Below are positions 10,728 through 20,917 of a stretch of DNA of 64,000 bases, piece after piece (position 1 is the first letter of the stretch; every line of letters begins with the position of its first letter). The notes under the pieces are model-generated. The model worked only from the letters and a program-made list of their open reading frames with translations, was not told where the DNA came from and ran no database searches. The translations under genes and the position numbers were made by a program. The DNA comes from Methanobacteriota archaeon (GTDB lineage: Archaea; Halobacteriota; Bog-38; Methanoflorentales; Methanoflorentaceae), in contig OY970393.1 of NCBI GenBank assembly GCA_963720465.1, positions 800,001 through 864,000 of the forward strand. Direction: 5' to 3'.

Positions 10728-11117
10728 ATGGCATTCACAGAGATTACTATCCTAAGCGTTGATTGTGCTCACGCCGAGGAGTCGTTGCGCTCAAGGAATG
10801 ACATGATTGTCCCCTATATTTTGTCTAACACGCCACCCGAAGAATGGAAGGGTTACTTCGAAGAGCAAGCCCCTGCAAGTGCCAACGTAAAGATTGTGGG
10901 CAACACAGTCCGCTATAAATGCCCCAAAGACAAAGTGGCGATACAAAGGGACGGAGCATGCTGGACGATGGTGGCTAGCTTGGTGGAGGACGCAAACCGA
11001 TACTATCTCGAGAGCGAATTGAGGCGAGCGCAAGATCGACAAAAAAAGGAACGTGAGGAAGAACAACAACCAAGGGAATTTGAGATGGAATGGGATCGCT
11101 ACATGAGCCGAGACTGA
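10728..11117 (+). CDS. Hypothetical protein with charged C-terminal coil
   Basis: Protein-like ORF from MAFTEITILSVD; no family recognised. Confidence 0.6.
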   Translation: MAFTEITILSVDCAHAEESLRSRNDMIVPYILSNTPPEEWKGYFEEQAPASANVKIVGNTVRYKCPKDKVAIQRDGACWTMVASLVEDANRYYLESELRRAQDRQKKEREEEQQPREFEMEWDRYMSRD

Positions 11118-11713
11118 ATTCCGGGCACGTATCAAAGAGCCACATGACAAGACGCTGTCATTGTGAGGTCGTTTCTGGACAAGACAATTTCGTTAGGCAC
11201 GTCTGACACTTTTACTATTTTTTCTGCTGAAGCGAGTTCCGTCAGGGGAAATAATCGTTTGCGACCTGCTTAGTTACAAACTGAATCATAACGATGAAGA
11301 GCATAGCGCTGACAGTGCCGCGTTACGGGCAGCTGAACGCTACCCTAACATTCCTGCTGACTTAGCACTGCTAAAACACGAGCTGCTGGAAGCGTATCGC
11401 TGTAAGTCTTCTCCTCGACGCGAAAGCAGGCTGCATTATCTGACAATACTATTACGCGGCGTTCTCAACGCTTACAGGGCCACAAGAACTATCAGACTGC
11501 GCACGATTACGAGCGATCTAAGTTGAATCGATCGGACTTCAAAGCGTCAATCAATTTCTCTACGATGTTCTTTGAATCCAACATTGCTGATACAGGTTCC
11601 AACCGGAATACTCCAATGTTTTCAGTCGATTTTTTACACCAGAACTATTTTCGGAGGATCAATATCTACTACTATAGGCGAGAATTACAGATCATCCAGT
11701 GCAGGTGGTGACT

Positions 11714-12061
11714 ATGAGTTACTTCTCCGAAGCGACCGAAACGATGGACCGAGGTGAACTAGACGCATTGGTTGACGAGCGCGTACGCTACACCGTCCAG
11801 TTTGCTGCGGAAAATTCTCCCTTTTATCACAAATGGTTCCGTACAAATAAGATTGTGCCCTCAACCATTAGAGAACACGAAGACCTACGCGATTTACCCA
11901 TTATATCCGGTAAACACGTCAGAAAGAGGCAGCTCCCTGAAACGCCCGAATTCGAGTTCAAGTGCACAGACTTGCCCGAGGACCTCGTGCACCTGGACGT
12001 TTACGACCCTGCACTTGACAAAGCGCTTAGTCGACCGTCGCTGAGACGAAATAAGAAGTGA
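11714..12061 (+). pseudogene. Coenzyme F390 synthetase / phenylacetate-CoA ligase family remnant with internal deletion
   Basis: ETMDRGELDALVDERVRYTV..AAENSPFY..HEDLRDLPIISG joined directly to PEDLVHLDVYDP; adenylation core missing. Confidence 0.75.
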
Positions 12062-12161
12062 AGCCCGGGTTCCAAAGCTATCGATCATAGAATTTAACGG
12101 CACTCATCACCTCAGCGAGGCGGAGGTCAGATCTCATCATTAGCAGGCTGGTCGGTTGAGT

Positions 12162-13166
12162 TCATGGCGTCTCGCATGACCCTTCAACCAGCCAGTTTGT
12201 AATGGCAGAAAGGGCATCGGAATCGAGAACGCGACCCTCGGCATTGTAATGCGCTCCGACTTCAGCGGCGACAAGCTCCTCTCGCGGTCGAGGTTCGTAC
12301 TTGAGCACGTGATCGGCGTTGTCAGGGAACATGAAGATAGCATTGCCATTCTTAGCGGTGGCAGTTTGCAGCGGACCACCGTCAGCACGCCAGTCAACTT
12401 GGATGTCCTTCTTACCGATAAGAACCAGCATAGACTCCGATACCTGCGATGCGAGGTGCACCGGATTTTCGAGCCACAGCTCGCGAGCGAATGGTAGGTT
12501 TACCGGGACAGTTAAGCTGGCTAAAAGGCTTTTCATAACTTCAGGCAATGATGCATCAGGCACGATCGGTTTGCCAGCAACGAACGCAGCGATGCAGGTA
12601 TCATAGCGTTTCATTATTTCATCTCCGTTGGCAAGAGGCGAGACTTGTGCGAGCAATTGATCCCGCGCCACGAGGCCGATCGCACGACCCGGGGCGCCAG
12701 TCAGCACGAGACCTTTGAACCGCCGATGAGGTCCCCTGGCTTGATAGTTCAAAGCATGGATGACGCCTTCGCTACTCGCTAACACAAACAAACGCGATGC
12801 ATCTACGTCGCGTAGCGACACAAGCTTGGTGACAGCGTCGGTCAACTCGTCGAGGTGTCCTTGCATGCTTATCTTACCGATAAGCTGTGGGAGGTTTTCA
12901 CGCACACGTGGCCCCGCGGCTCGTTTGTCATATCGCAGCGTAATGAATCCCTTTTCAGTAAGAGCGTTAGCAAGGAGCCGACCACTGCAGTTCGTACCAG
13001 GCAGGAGTGGCGAGCACCAGTCTCGGTCAGTCGGTCCGCTGCCGGCGACAAAAACGACGACCGGATGCGGGCCGGTGTCGGTGGGGTGCGTTAAAGTCCC
13101 GTAAACTGCGATCCCATCGACGTCCCATGTGATCTCTTCACTCGTGCGTTCCAGTGTTTCAGTCAT
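12162..13166 (-). CDS. Alpha/beta fold hydrolase
   Basis: VFVAGSGPTDRD, LRYDKR, ASSEG nucleophile elbow, GKKDIQV, ADHVLK. Confidence 0.88.
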   Translation of the reverse strand: MTETLERTSEEITWDVDGIAVYGTLTHPTDTGPHPVVVFVAGSGPTDRDWCSPLLPGTNCSGRLLANALTEKGFITLRYDKRAAGPRVRENLPQLIGKISMQGHLDELTDAVTKLVSLRDVDASRLFVLASSEGVIHALNYQARGPHRRFKGLVLTGAPGRAIGLVARDQLLAQVSPLANGDEIMKRYDTCIAAFVAGKPIVPDASLPEVMKSLLASLTVPVNLPFARELWLENPVHLASQVSESMLVLIGKKDIQVDWRADGGPLQTATAKNGNAIFMFPDNADHVLKYEPRPREELVAAEVGAHYNAEGRVLDSDALSAITNWLVEGSCETP

Positions 13167-13565
13167 GTTTTTTTACCAGATACAAACTCGCCAGGAAGTC
13201 GCTTTAAACTTCATGGCGCAAGGACAGCATATATACCGACAGGGATAACCCAATTGAAAAACCTGCGGAAAGTAAAAGAATCTATGATGACAAGGCCAAA
13301 CATTAACACTGCCCGATATAGAACGGTACACGCTAGAGCAAAGGAGGCGATCAACAAATGGCAAAAAATGCCCTTACCACCATTACGGCAGAGCCAGGAG
13401 GACGAGAAATCGTCGTTTCTCGAATCTTTGACGCGCCGGGCGAGCAGACATTCAAGGCGTCTACAGATCCAAATCTTATGCCGCAATGGTGGGGCGTTAG
13501 TAGCCTGGGTATGTTATAGGTCACGTTCACTCTGAGATCAAAACGGCATGTTCGCTTGTGAGATT

Positions 13566-13790
13566 ATGGACACAGGAATTGAGAAGAATGGGATAAACTA
13601 CGATAGCGGTACCAACTTAGCTCAAGACGCAGCGACGCGTGTCGGCTTGCGCGCGGATGCGATGCGCCGCGAAATTGGGGTAACAAAAAACGACCTACAC
13701 TGTGATTCCATTCGGATCTATGGCGATAGCATCGATAAGCTGCGCAGTATGATCGTGATGCTGCCAGGCTCGTCCAAGGAGGATGGCTGA
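13566..13790 (+). pseudogene. N-terminal fragment of a putative TIM-barrel/glycoside-hydrolase-like protein fused to a foreign tail
   Basis: GINYDSG...MRREIGVTKNDLHCDSIRIYGDSIDKL; the reading frame then runs into the high-GC block. Confidence 0.55.
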
Positions 13791-14953
13791 TGATCAGCAA
13801 GGAAGTAATGCTAAAGGACCACCGCATGATCGTCGATCTGAACTGTCCAGTGGCGCGGTTCCCGGATAACCCCGTGCTTACGGCCAAAGACGTGAACCAC
13901 GTGTGGCAGGAACCGGGCCTTCAGGTAACGACCGTCCACAACGCGGGCATCGCGCTGCACGGTGGCGACATGGTCATGCTGTTCCGGTCGCATCTTCGTT
14001 GCGGCATGAGCGTGCTTGGGGTCGCCCGCAGCAGCAACGGCGTCGACGGCTGGCGTGTCGAGCCGCGACCTGCCATGGCGCCGGCCGCCGAGGGGGACGC
14101 CTTTGCCCTCGGCACCGATGCCAAGGCCCTCATCGAGAACGAGTCGGGCGGCGTCGAGGATCCGCGGATCACCCAGATCCGCGACACCTACTACATCACT
14201 TACAGCGCCTATCACGCGACGGTGAAGAACCGCGTGCGCGTCTCGCTGGCCACGACCCGCGATTTCTCCCACTTCATACGCCACGGCCCGGTGCTCGAGC
14301 GAGATATGCGAAACGTGGTGATTTTCCCCGAGCCCATCGGCGGCCGCTATGCGGGTCTGTTCCGACCCAATGACACCACGGCCGGCGAGGTCGGGGGCAT
14401 CTACACGCAGCTCAAACTCGGCTGGACGAACTCGGTCGAGTCCAATCGGTGGGAGATCCAGCCGGAGCCCGTCATGAGGACTGAAGGGGGCCCGAGCGCT
14501 TTCTCAGACAAGATCGGTCCTGGCGCGCCGCCCTTCAGGACCGCCAAGGGCTGGCTCAGCGTATTCCACGGGGTGCGCAACACCATGGACGGCAACCCGT
14601 ACGTACTCGGCGTGGCGCTACACGACCTGGCGGACCCAGCGCGGGTGAAGATGTCGAGCATCCCCATCCTGTTCCCATCCAGGGCTGACTGCCGCGTCGA
14701 GGAGGCAGACTACATTCACGTGCCGCAGGTCGTGTTCACCTGCGGGGCCGTGCACCGCGACGATGGCACCATCCTCATCTACTACGGCGGCAATGATACC
14801 GTCATGAACGTGGGCGTGACCCACGAGGACGTGCTCGTCGCGCTCTGCGAGAGCTACGGCCAAAACCCGCTGACCGGGCATCTCAGGTACGACATACGAG
14901 CCACCGAAGCTAAGGAGCTCGGAACCAGCGGCCATAAGGGCACCTGGAAGTAG
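13790..14953 (+). CDS. Glycoside hydrolase family 130 (DUF377-type) glycosidase/phosphorylase
   Basis: RFPDNPVL, HNAG, GVEDPRIT, YYITYSAY, KIGPGAPP, VVFTCGA, IYYGGND; markedly GC-rich. Confidence 0.9.
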   Translation: MISKEVMLKDHRMIVDLNCPVARFPDNPVLTAKDVNHVWQEPGLQVTTVHNAGIALHGGDMVMLFRSHLRCGMSVLGVARSSNGVDGWRVEPRPAMAPAAEGDAFALGTDAKALIENESGGVEDPRITQIRDTYYITYSAYHATVKNRVRVSLATTRDFSHFIRHGPVLERDMRNVVIFPEPIGGRYAGLFRPNDTTAGEVGGIYTQLKLGWTNSVESNRWEIQPEPVMRTEGGPSAFSDKIGPGAPPFRTAKGWLSVFHGVRNTMDGNPYVLGVALHDLADPARVKMSSIPILFPSRADCRVEEADYIHVPQVVFTCGAVHRDDGTILIYYGGNDTVMNVGVTHEDVLVALCESYGQNPLTGHLRYDIRATEAKELGTSGHKGTWK

Positions 14954-15069
14954 ACCGTTCGGTGCCTCGGGGGCAAGGTCGGTGTCAACACGATGATCCA
15001 GGTGGCGCTGGCTCAAAAAACAGTGCTGAGCGATCGCAAAATGGAGAAATAAGCGCCAAATCCCGCGTG

Positions 15070-15111
15070 TTCACACAGCGGAGGTCGCCGGTTCCAATCC
15101 GGCTGAGCCTA
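15070..15111 (+). mobile_element. 3' half of tRNA-Val(CAC); probable att-site remnant of an integrated element
   Basis: TTCACAC loop, AGCGG, AGGTC, T-arm GCCGG-TTCCAAT-CCGGC, acceptor strand TGAGCCT-A, then a T-tract; no D-arm upstream. Confidence 0.7.
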
Positions 15112-15134
15112 TCGTTCTTTTTTTGCAATGCGCA

Positions 15135-15377
15135 TCATTTCATAAATGGAAGCTGATGTTCAACAAACGTACGTGTCGTGGTGACCCCTTGAATGAGCTT
15201 TATGTCATCAACCGCGCGGGTCAATTCAGAAAGGTCTTTCGCTTCGATGATGGCGACATAATCAAACTCTCCAAAAACATGCACAGCTCTTGTTATGCCA
15301 CTAATCTTCACTAGTTCTTGCCACACGCCGTATTCTGCGCCCCGATTAACGTTCATCATTGTGAAACCAATTACCAT
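15135..15377 (-). CDS. Stand-alone Lrp/AsnC ligand-binding (RAM) domain protein
   Basis: VHVFGEFDYVAIIEAKDLSEL...IKLIQGVTTTRT. Confidence 0.88.
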   Translation of the reverse strand: MVIGFTMMNVNRGAEYGVWQELVKISGITRAVHVFGEFDYVAIIEAKDLSELTRAVDDIKLIQGVTTTRTFVEHQLPFMK

Positions 15378-15590
15378 TGATCATTCCCCTCTCGCAATCA
15401 TAGCACAACACCATCTTTTTTCAGCTTTTCACGCAGCAAAAGCCCGTAACTAAGTCGTTTGAAATGATCCTTAAATCTATTTGAATTCTGCGTCATCCAA
15501 CTTTGCGCATATTCATCAAAACAGGCACCGTGAATCGCATATTTCCGGATTAAGTTTCGAAAACGTCTTTTAACCTGGTGGCGGCAAAGG

Positions 15591-16295
15591 TTATCGCACT
15601 TCCAGCCTAGACGCTAGATCCAAACAATTCTTAGGCCCGTATGCATTGTGGTTCCAGTAGCCGAAAACGTCAGCCTCGCTTGAAAGCTCTCGGATTCGAC
15701 GCGCCCAGTAGTCTAGTTCTTCTGAAGAGTAAACGTCCAGATTTCTATCACGCGCGTGCCATCTGATGTAAGCAAAATTCTTAAAACAGTCGATGTTGTT
15801 GTCGAATTGTTCACCGAGCATAACCATAGCCAGATTGCTTCGATCTTTAAAACGGTCAAAAACATCCTCACTGAACCACGAATTGTGACGAAATTCAAAA
15901 GCAAAACGATGATCAGGCAAGAGTGAAAGAAACTCGTCTAGACGGTCTATATCTTTTTTAAAGCTCGCAGGGAGCCCTACGAGATACGGACCCAACTTGT
16001 ATTCCAATGCCTCACAGATCTCAAAGAAGTCGCTGAGAGCTCCACGCGTTTCGTGCAGCCTCTTTGTGTGTGTGATGTGCCTGTTCATCTTTACAGAAAA
16101 AATAAAGTCGTCAGGAGTAGCGTTGTACCATTTTTTTAGCTGACCTTCCTTCGGAAATTGATAAAACGTCGAATTGACTTCGACTGAGTGGAAAAATTGC
16201 GCGTATTGCTCCAGCTAGCGACTACGCGAGTTATAAAGGACGCCTAGCCAATGATCATAATGCCACCCGCTGCAACCCAGATAAATGCTTGCCGT
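15591..16295 (-). pseudogene. DUF72 family protein, disrupted
   Basis: IYLGCSGWHYDHW...VEVNSTFY...FSVKMNRHITH...FEFRHNSW; start codon reads ACG; in-frame TAG at 16215-16217. Confidence 0.85.
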
Positions 16296-16502
16296 TTACT
16301 CACCTTGCCCCTGTCGCGGCTCGTCTAATTCTTCTAGAAACGCGTTCATATCATTACGAAGGTTTATAATGCGTTCGCGGAGTTCGCCCGCATGCACGTG
16401 ACATAGTAATTTAGATACGGGTCTATTTGGCTCCAGTTGAAATACAACAATCGGACTAAGATAAGAGCAGTTATATGAACAAGCCAGCGGTATTTCCCGT
16501 GG

Positions 16503-16974
16503 ATGCTCGATGCTCTTTCTGATGATGCAAAACTGATCGCGCCGTGCGGTATGAACTGCTCGGTGTGCAGTCGTTATCTCGCGCGCCAACACGACGTAAG
16601 ACGCAAAGGGGTGAGGATGGCGTACTGCGCGGGATGTCGCCCCCGTGATAGGAAGTGCGCCTTTCTAAAGAAACGCTGTGATCTACTTCTGAATCACAGA
16701 GTTCGGTTTTGTTATGAATGTGGCACTTTCCCGTGCAGGAACTTGGAGCGAATCGACGCACGATATCAAAAACAATACCGAACGAGTTTCATCGAGAATC
16801 TCACCTTTATCAAGCGGCATTCGCTTGCCGCTTTTGTAGAGCGTGAGAATGCAAAGTGGCGGTGTACGCAGTGCGGAGCAGGTCCTGTGCTGCCATAATG
16901 GAATCTGTTTCAATTGCAGCGTTGATCGCTTGCAAACAAGGAAGAATTTGTACAGGTGGGAAGACGAACAATGA
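16503..16974 (+). CDS. DUF3795 family Cys-rich protein, frameshifted near 16878
   Basis: IAPCGMNCSVC...CAGCR...FCYECGTFPC; C-terminal VLCCHNGICFNC lies in another frame. Confidence 0.8.
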
Positions 16975-17530
16975 AGTTGACCCTATCTAAACGTCAACAA
17001 TCCGCCAGCCTATATCAAGCCGAGGCTTCCGATTCGACCACAGGGTCATGATTTTTTTTTCCAAGCGGCTTACATACCATTTCTGTTGAGCGTTGGCGCA
17101 TCTATCGATAAACTACAATTGAACTTTTTTAAACAGACCTGCAAGTCTACCGTTACTGTAGCTTTTTACTACGATAAATCCACTGGCTTTGTTCAGAAAA
17201 AACGAAGGGTTTCGGTGGTGGATAAAAGGAGAAACAAAAAAGTGCTCCGATCGCCATGAGACATGAACCAGTGAGACACCATTTTCTTTTTCCGCTTTTT
17301 TGAGCCCTCAGTAAGACCTTTTCGTGCCACAACTCTGTCGAAACACTCGTCGCAAGTATGGTGTAAAGGTAGGATGAAAAAAGCTTGTAAAGAATCTGTT
17401 CTCACCTATTTCTGACTGAAGTGCACGGATAAAGGTTGAATTTGTGCTGAAGGCAATAATCTCGCCTCTCGAGATCTGTCATTCGCCTCCACAGAAAAAA
17501 CTAAGTGCGCACAAGTCGCTTGCTTCGCGC

Positions 17531-18151
17531 ATGAACAGGCTGAACGTCGCTGGCGCGCTGTTTTTCATCGCAGGAACGCTCATCCTCTTAGGAATCGTTA
17601 CGGCGGAAACCACATATCCCGGCTATAGCGTCTCGCAGAACTATATAAGCGATTTGGGGGGCGCGAGAAACGGCGTAATTATGCAGCCGGCCGCCGCCGT
17701 CATTGATACGACGTTAGTCGTTGGAGGGCTCTTGATCATCGGAGGGGCGTACGCGCTTCATCGCGCGCTTGATAAACGCGTTTTTCCCTCAGCACTTCCA
17801 TTGCTTATCGCTCTCGCTGGCATAGGCTCCGTTGGAGTCGGCGTCTTCAACGAGACCTTTGGTGTTATACACTGGCTGTTGTCGGCGCTCACGTTCATCG
17901 CCGGGGGCTTCGCCGCAATCGCGGCCTTCAGCCAACAAAAGGCACCCCTCCGCTATTTCTCGGTGATTCTGGGGATCATCACGATGGTTTTTGCCATAGG
18001 TCCATACATAACTCCCGCCGTCGCGTTCCTCGGCGTCGGAGGAGCAGAGCGATGGGTGGTATACCCTATCGTGCTTTGGCTTATAGGGTTTGGCGGGTAT
18101 CTGATGGGGACGTCGTCCGGCACGATGTCCTCTCAATTAGTAACCTCCTAG
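17531..18151 (+). CDS. DUF998 family membrane protein
   Basis: YPGYSVSQNYISDLG, GVGVFNE, H in TM segment, GGAERWVVYP. Confidence 0.88.
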   Translation: MNRLNVAGALFFIAGTLILLGIVTAETTYPGYSVSQNYISDLGGARNGVIMQPAAAVIDTTLVVGGLLIIGGAYALHRALDKRVFPSALPLLIALAGIGSVGVGVFNETFGVIHWLLSALTFIAGGFAAIAAFSQQKAPLRYFSVILGIITMVFAIGPYITPAVAFLGVGGAERWVVYPIVLWLIGFGGYLMGTSSGTMSSQLVTS

Positions 18152-18562
18152 TAGAGAAGAGGAACGATTAAGCGTGGTTTCATTTGCCTTGAAAAAAAGC
18201 GAAGGCACGGGCCGGCGCTCTAAGAAGAGTAGATTGACAGTGAAAGCGAACAATACTGTTACTGTGCACTTACGCGCACGCTCTAGTTTTGGATCGTCGA
18301 AACCTAAGTTCGTTTAGAACGAGGAGCGAGAAGTTTAATGCAAAATGATCAAAAAATTACTCAAGTTAGTTAGCCGCAGCGACAACGCCGCGCGTGCTAA
18401 CAGATTATGTCGAGGGAGACTACCAACAACAATTTGCCAAGACGACACGGTGGGCTTCCCCTATGCAAAAAACGGAACCCAAGCGGCACGTCATAGAACC
18501 GGAGTGCTGGCATTTGAAGCCGAGGTGATAAAATAAGGGAGTCCTTTGTTCAGGGGCTGTTT

Positions 18563-18772
18563 TTGGGGCTATTTTTAGTCCTCGGCTTCTGGCTGCTTGT
18601 AGTCGCTGTGCTTATCATTTCCGCTATGTTTGCAGTGCTAGGGCCTGTTGGAGGAATCATAGTCGCTATCGTGCTTCTTGGCCTGTGCTCTTTGACGCTG
18701 TATAGGATTTTAATAAGATTCCGAGCAGCCTGGAAAGCTGCGAAGAAGGCGAACGAACTACCCTCTCCATAG
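18563..18772 (+). CDS. Small two-helix membrane protein
   Basis: Two hydrophobic segments plus a basic tail. Confidence 0.55.
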   Translation: MGLFLVLGFWLLVVAVLIISAMFAVLGPVGGIIVAIVLLGLCSLTLYRILIRFRAAWKAAKKANELPSP

Positions 18773-18999
18773 CTCCCAGTTCACATGCTTTTTTTAAGCC
18801 GGTTCATTTGCCGTGTCCGGATCAATAAGTGAGGGCCAAATTATCCCTTGCCTTTTGCGGACTGCCACATAAGAGCGTGGTGCAAAGGGGTCGCGCACAT
18901 TTGTTCGGTGAGCCTTTCAAAACCATTGTGTGTTCTTTTCGCTCGTTCCTTAGCTCGTAGCTCGTTGTTTCTTTTCCTTACTGCTTCTTGGGCGTGGTT

Positions 19000-19608
19000 T
19001 TACGAATTTTCTCGGCCGCCGGTTTCCCTTGTTGTGCGGTTGGTCTTCGGATCTATCGCAAGCGCCTTGTCAAAACACTGAAGCGCCTCTTCGTGGCGGT
19101 CTAACATGTCAAGCGCGTCTCCTTTGTAGTTCCACGCGTCAACATCCTGCGGGTTTATCGCGAGCGCCTTGTCGAAGCACAGAAGCGCCTCTTGGTGGCG
19201 GTCTACTTTCACAAGCGCAGTTCCTTTGTCGTTCCACGCCTTAGCATACCGCGGGTCGAGCTCGAGCACCTTATCGAGGCACTGAAGCGCCTCTTCGTGG
19301 CGGTCTAACATCCCAAGCGTAGCTCCTTTCAGAGCCCACGCCTTAGCATCCTTCGGATCGATCTCGAGCGCCTTGTCGAGACACTGAAGTGCTTCTTCGT
19401 GGCGGTCTAACATCCCAAGCGTAGCTCCTTTCAGAGTCCACGCTAAAGCATATTGCGGATCTATCGCAAGCGCCTTGTCGAAGCACAGAAGCGCCTCTGG
19501 GTGGCGACCTGACTTTGCAAGTGCATCTCCTTTGTCACACCATTCCTTCGCTGTCAACTCTTTCTGCGTTGGGGCAGTGCTCGACTTGAACCTGTCAAAT
19601 AATCCCAT
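19000..19608 (-). CDS. Tetratricopeptide repeat protein
   Basis: Five 34-aa TPRs (AWxxKGxxL...EALxCFDKALxIDP); start MGLFDRFK. Confidence 0.9.
   Translation of the reverse strand: MGLFDRFKSSTAPTQKELTAKEWCDKGDALAKSGRHPEALLCFDKALAIDPQYALAWTLKGATLGMLDRHEEALQCLDKALEIDPKDAKAWALKGATLGMLDRHEEALQCLDKVLELDPRYAKAWNDKGTALVKVDRHQEALLCFDKALAINPQDVDAWNYKGDALDMLDRHEEALQCFDKALAIDPKTNRTTRETGGRENS
19050..19545. repeat. 102-bp tandem DNA repeats encoding TPR units
   Basis: Near-identical units recur at about 19076, 19178, 19280, 19382 and 19484. Confidence 0.85.
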
Positions 19609-19948
19609 GTTGGTCGCCCAGTACATCCACGCAGGCATATTTATAATTCCTCTTTGAATTGGCAACACTGGTAGCTCACTTGCCCTCTCGGCGGATCCTT
19701 TAGCTGCTTCGCTGGGCATAAGAGAGCTTGCGCTTGTTTTCGGTCGTCCGAAGCCCAAAAAATAAGATAGATTAAGAAGTTAGGGAGTTATCAGAAACTA
19801 CCTTAGCGTGCTCGTGGCGGCTTTAGTCATTTCTCAAATCGATCATTCGTAAACAGAAACGTCCTCACGTTTACGCTCCATTATATGCTTTCGTCTAGCG
19901 CACTGGCAGCCTAATCCCGAGGGGGTCGACTTGAACCACATCAGTACA

Positions 19949-20493
19949 GTATCTCTTCAGGAGAAGCAACACGACAAGGGTGATTACGCTAGAGGAGTAT
20001 TTTCAGGAAGGGTTGCTGAGCAACATCCACTAAAACAACGATTGAAACTTGAGGGAGACAAGGCGCACATTCTACGATTAGTAAAAGACTCTGGAATGTG
20101 GGCTCTTGAACTTGTGAGACAGGAGATACTTATATTTCGTCAACGAAGGATTAAATGCCGACGATCAATACAAAAAGTTGTGGGCAATGAGCCCTGGTTT
20201 AAAAAAGGCAACGCAATAAGACCTTGACAAATCGAAGAAGTAATAGCTGACTGTTACAAGCACTGCTGATTATGAAAGGTGAATAAATGAAAGAGAGGTT
20301 ATTAGAGGTTCTTGAATTGCTCGACCATGAGAAGGAAGACCTAGACCAACTTTGTACAGACGTTTCGTTCCCTGAAACGACGCTGGCACGTTCTGCTGCG
20401 ATGACCAATAGACGGGTGCGAGAGATCGTAGAAGAAGTTCTTGAAGGTATTGAGAATGAGTGAATAAATGTAGCGATGCTGCAAAGCAATATC
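19949..20493 (+). CRISPR. Orphan CRISPR locus A: leader, 37-bp repeat (20012-20048), 429-bp insert, degenerate 5' repeat fragment (20478-20493)
   Basis: GTTGCTGAGCAACATCCACTAAAACAACGATTGAAAC, 33/37 identical to the repeat at 23620; downstream GCTGCAAAGCAATATC; leader homologous to 23556-23619. Confidence 0.7.
20287..20463 (+). CDS. Small acidic helical protein (58 aa) inside the CRISPR insert
   Basis: AAAGGTGA RBS; MKERLLEVLELLDHEKEDLDQLCTDVSFPETTLARSAAMTNRRVREIVEEVLEGIENE; too short for the supplied ORF track. Confidence 0.65.
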   Translation: MKERLLEVLELLDHEKEDLDQLCTDVSFPETTLARSAAMTNRRVREIVEEVLEGIENE

Positions 20494-20513
20494 GTGGTTG
20501 TTTACGAGAAAAC

Positions 20514-20531
20514 GAGCAGTTGCGCTTATTT
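20514..20531 (-). repeat. Dispersed 18-bp core, copy 1 (inverted orientation)
   Basis: GAGCAGTTGCGCTTATTT = reverse complement of AAATAAGCGCAACTGCTC at 29348 and 30087. Confidence 0.8.
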
Positions 20532-20917
20532 TAGTCAGCACACCTTCACCATTCACCGCCCGGCTAATAACGCTTAGACACGGCAGGCAACGCACAACCG
20601 TCAATCTGCCGCGCGGCGCGGACGGCGATAATACTCGCAGCGCGGGATGCGCTCATCATCGCCACGAAGCTTATGCCGACGAATTTGACGCACCTACGAC
20701 AGTCAATCATTGACGGCTAGTTTGATTCGCCCGTTGCATTCGTTACTATGTCCAGAGAAACTAATGATAGCTACGACTGCTTATACCGAGATTATGCCAA
20801 AAAACCACAGGCGTAGGTGCGGCTCCATTTCAGTGAGCGAATAGCAGCCGGAGGCGTTGATCTTTGCGGTCGCCTCATGCTATGTGCACAAACAACGCCC
20901 TCGCTCGCGTTTCTGGG

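Noticed and set aside
13811-15016. Several long overlapping ORFs over the GH130 gene (similarly over copA, hef and mtxX)
   Set aside because: Shadow ORFs caused by GC-rich codon usage; no motifs.
16215-16217. In-frame TAG in the DUF72 gene as possible pyrrolysine
   Set aside because: It falls where Trp (TGG) is expected and the start codon is also damaged (ACG); nonsense mutation is simpler.
19913-19945. tRNA 3'-end-like sequence (GGTTCAAGTC...CCCTCGG on minus strand) just before CRISPR leader A
   Set aside because: The T-stem does not pair properly; too degenerate to call.
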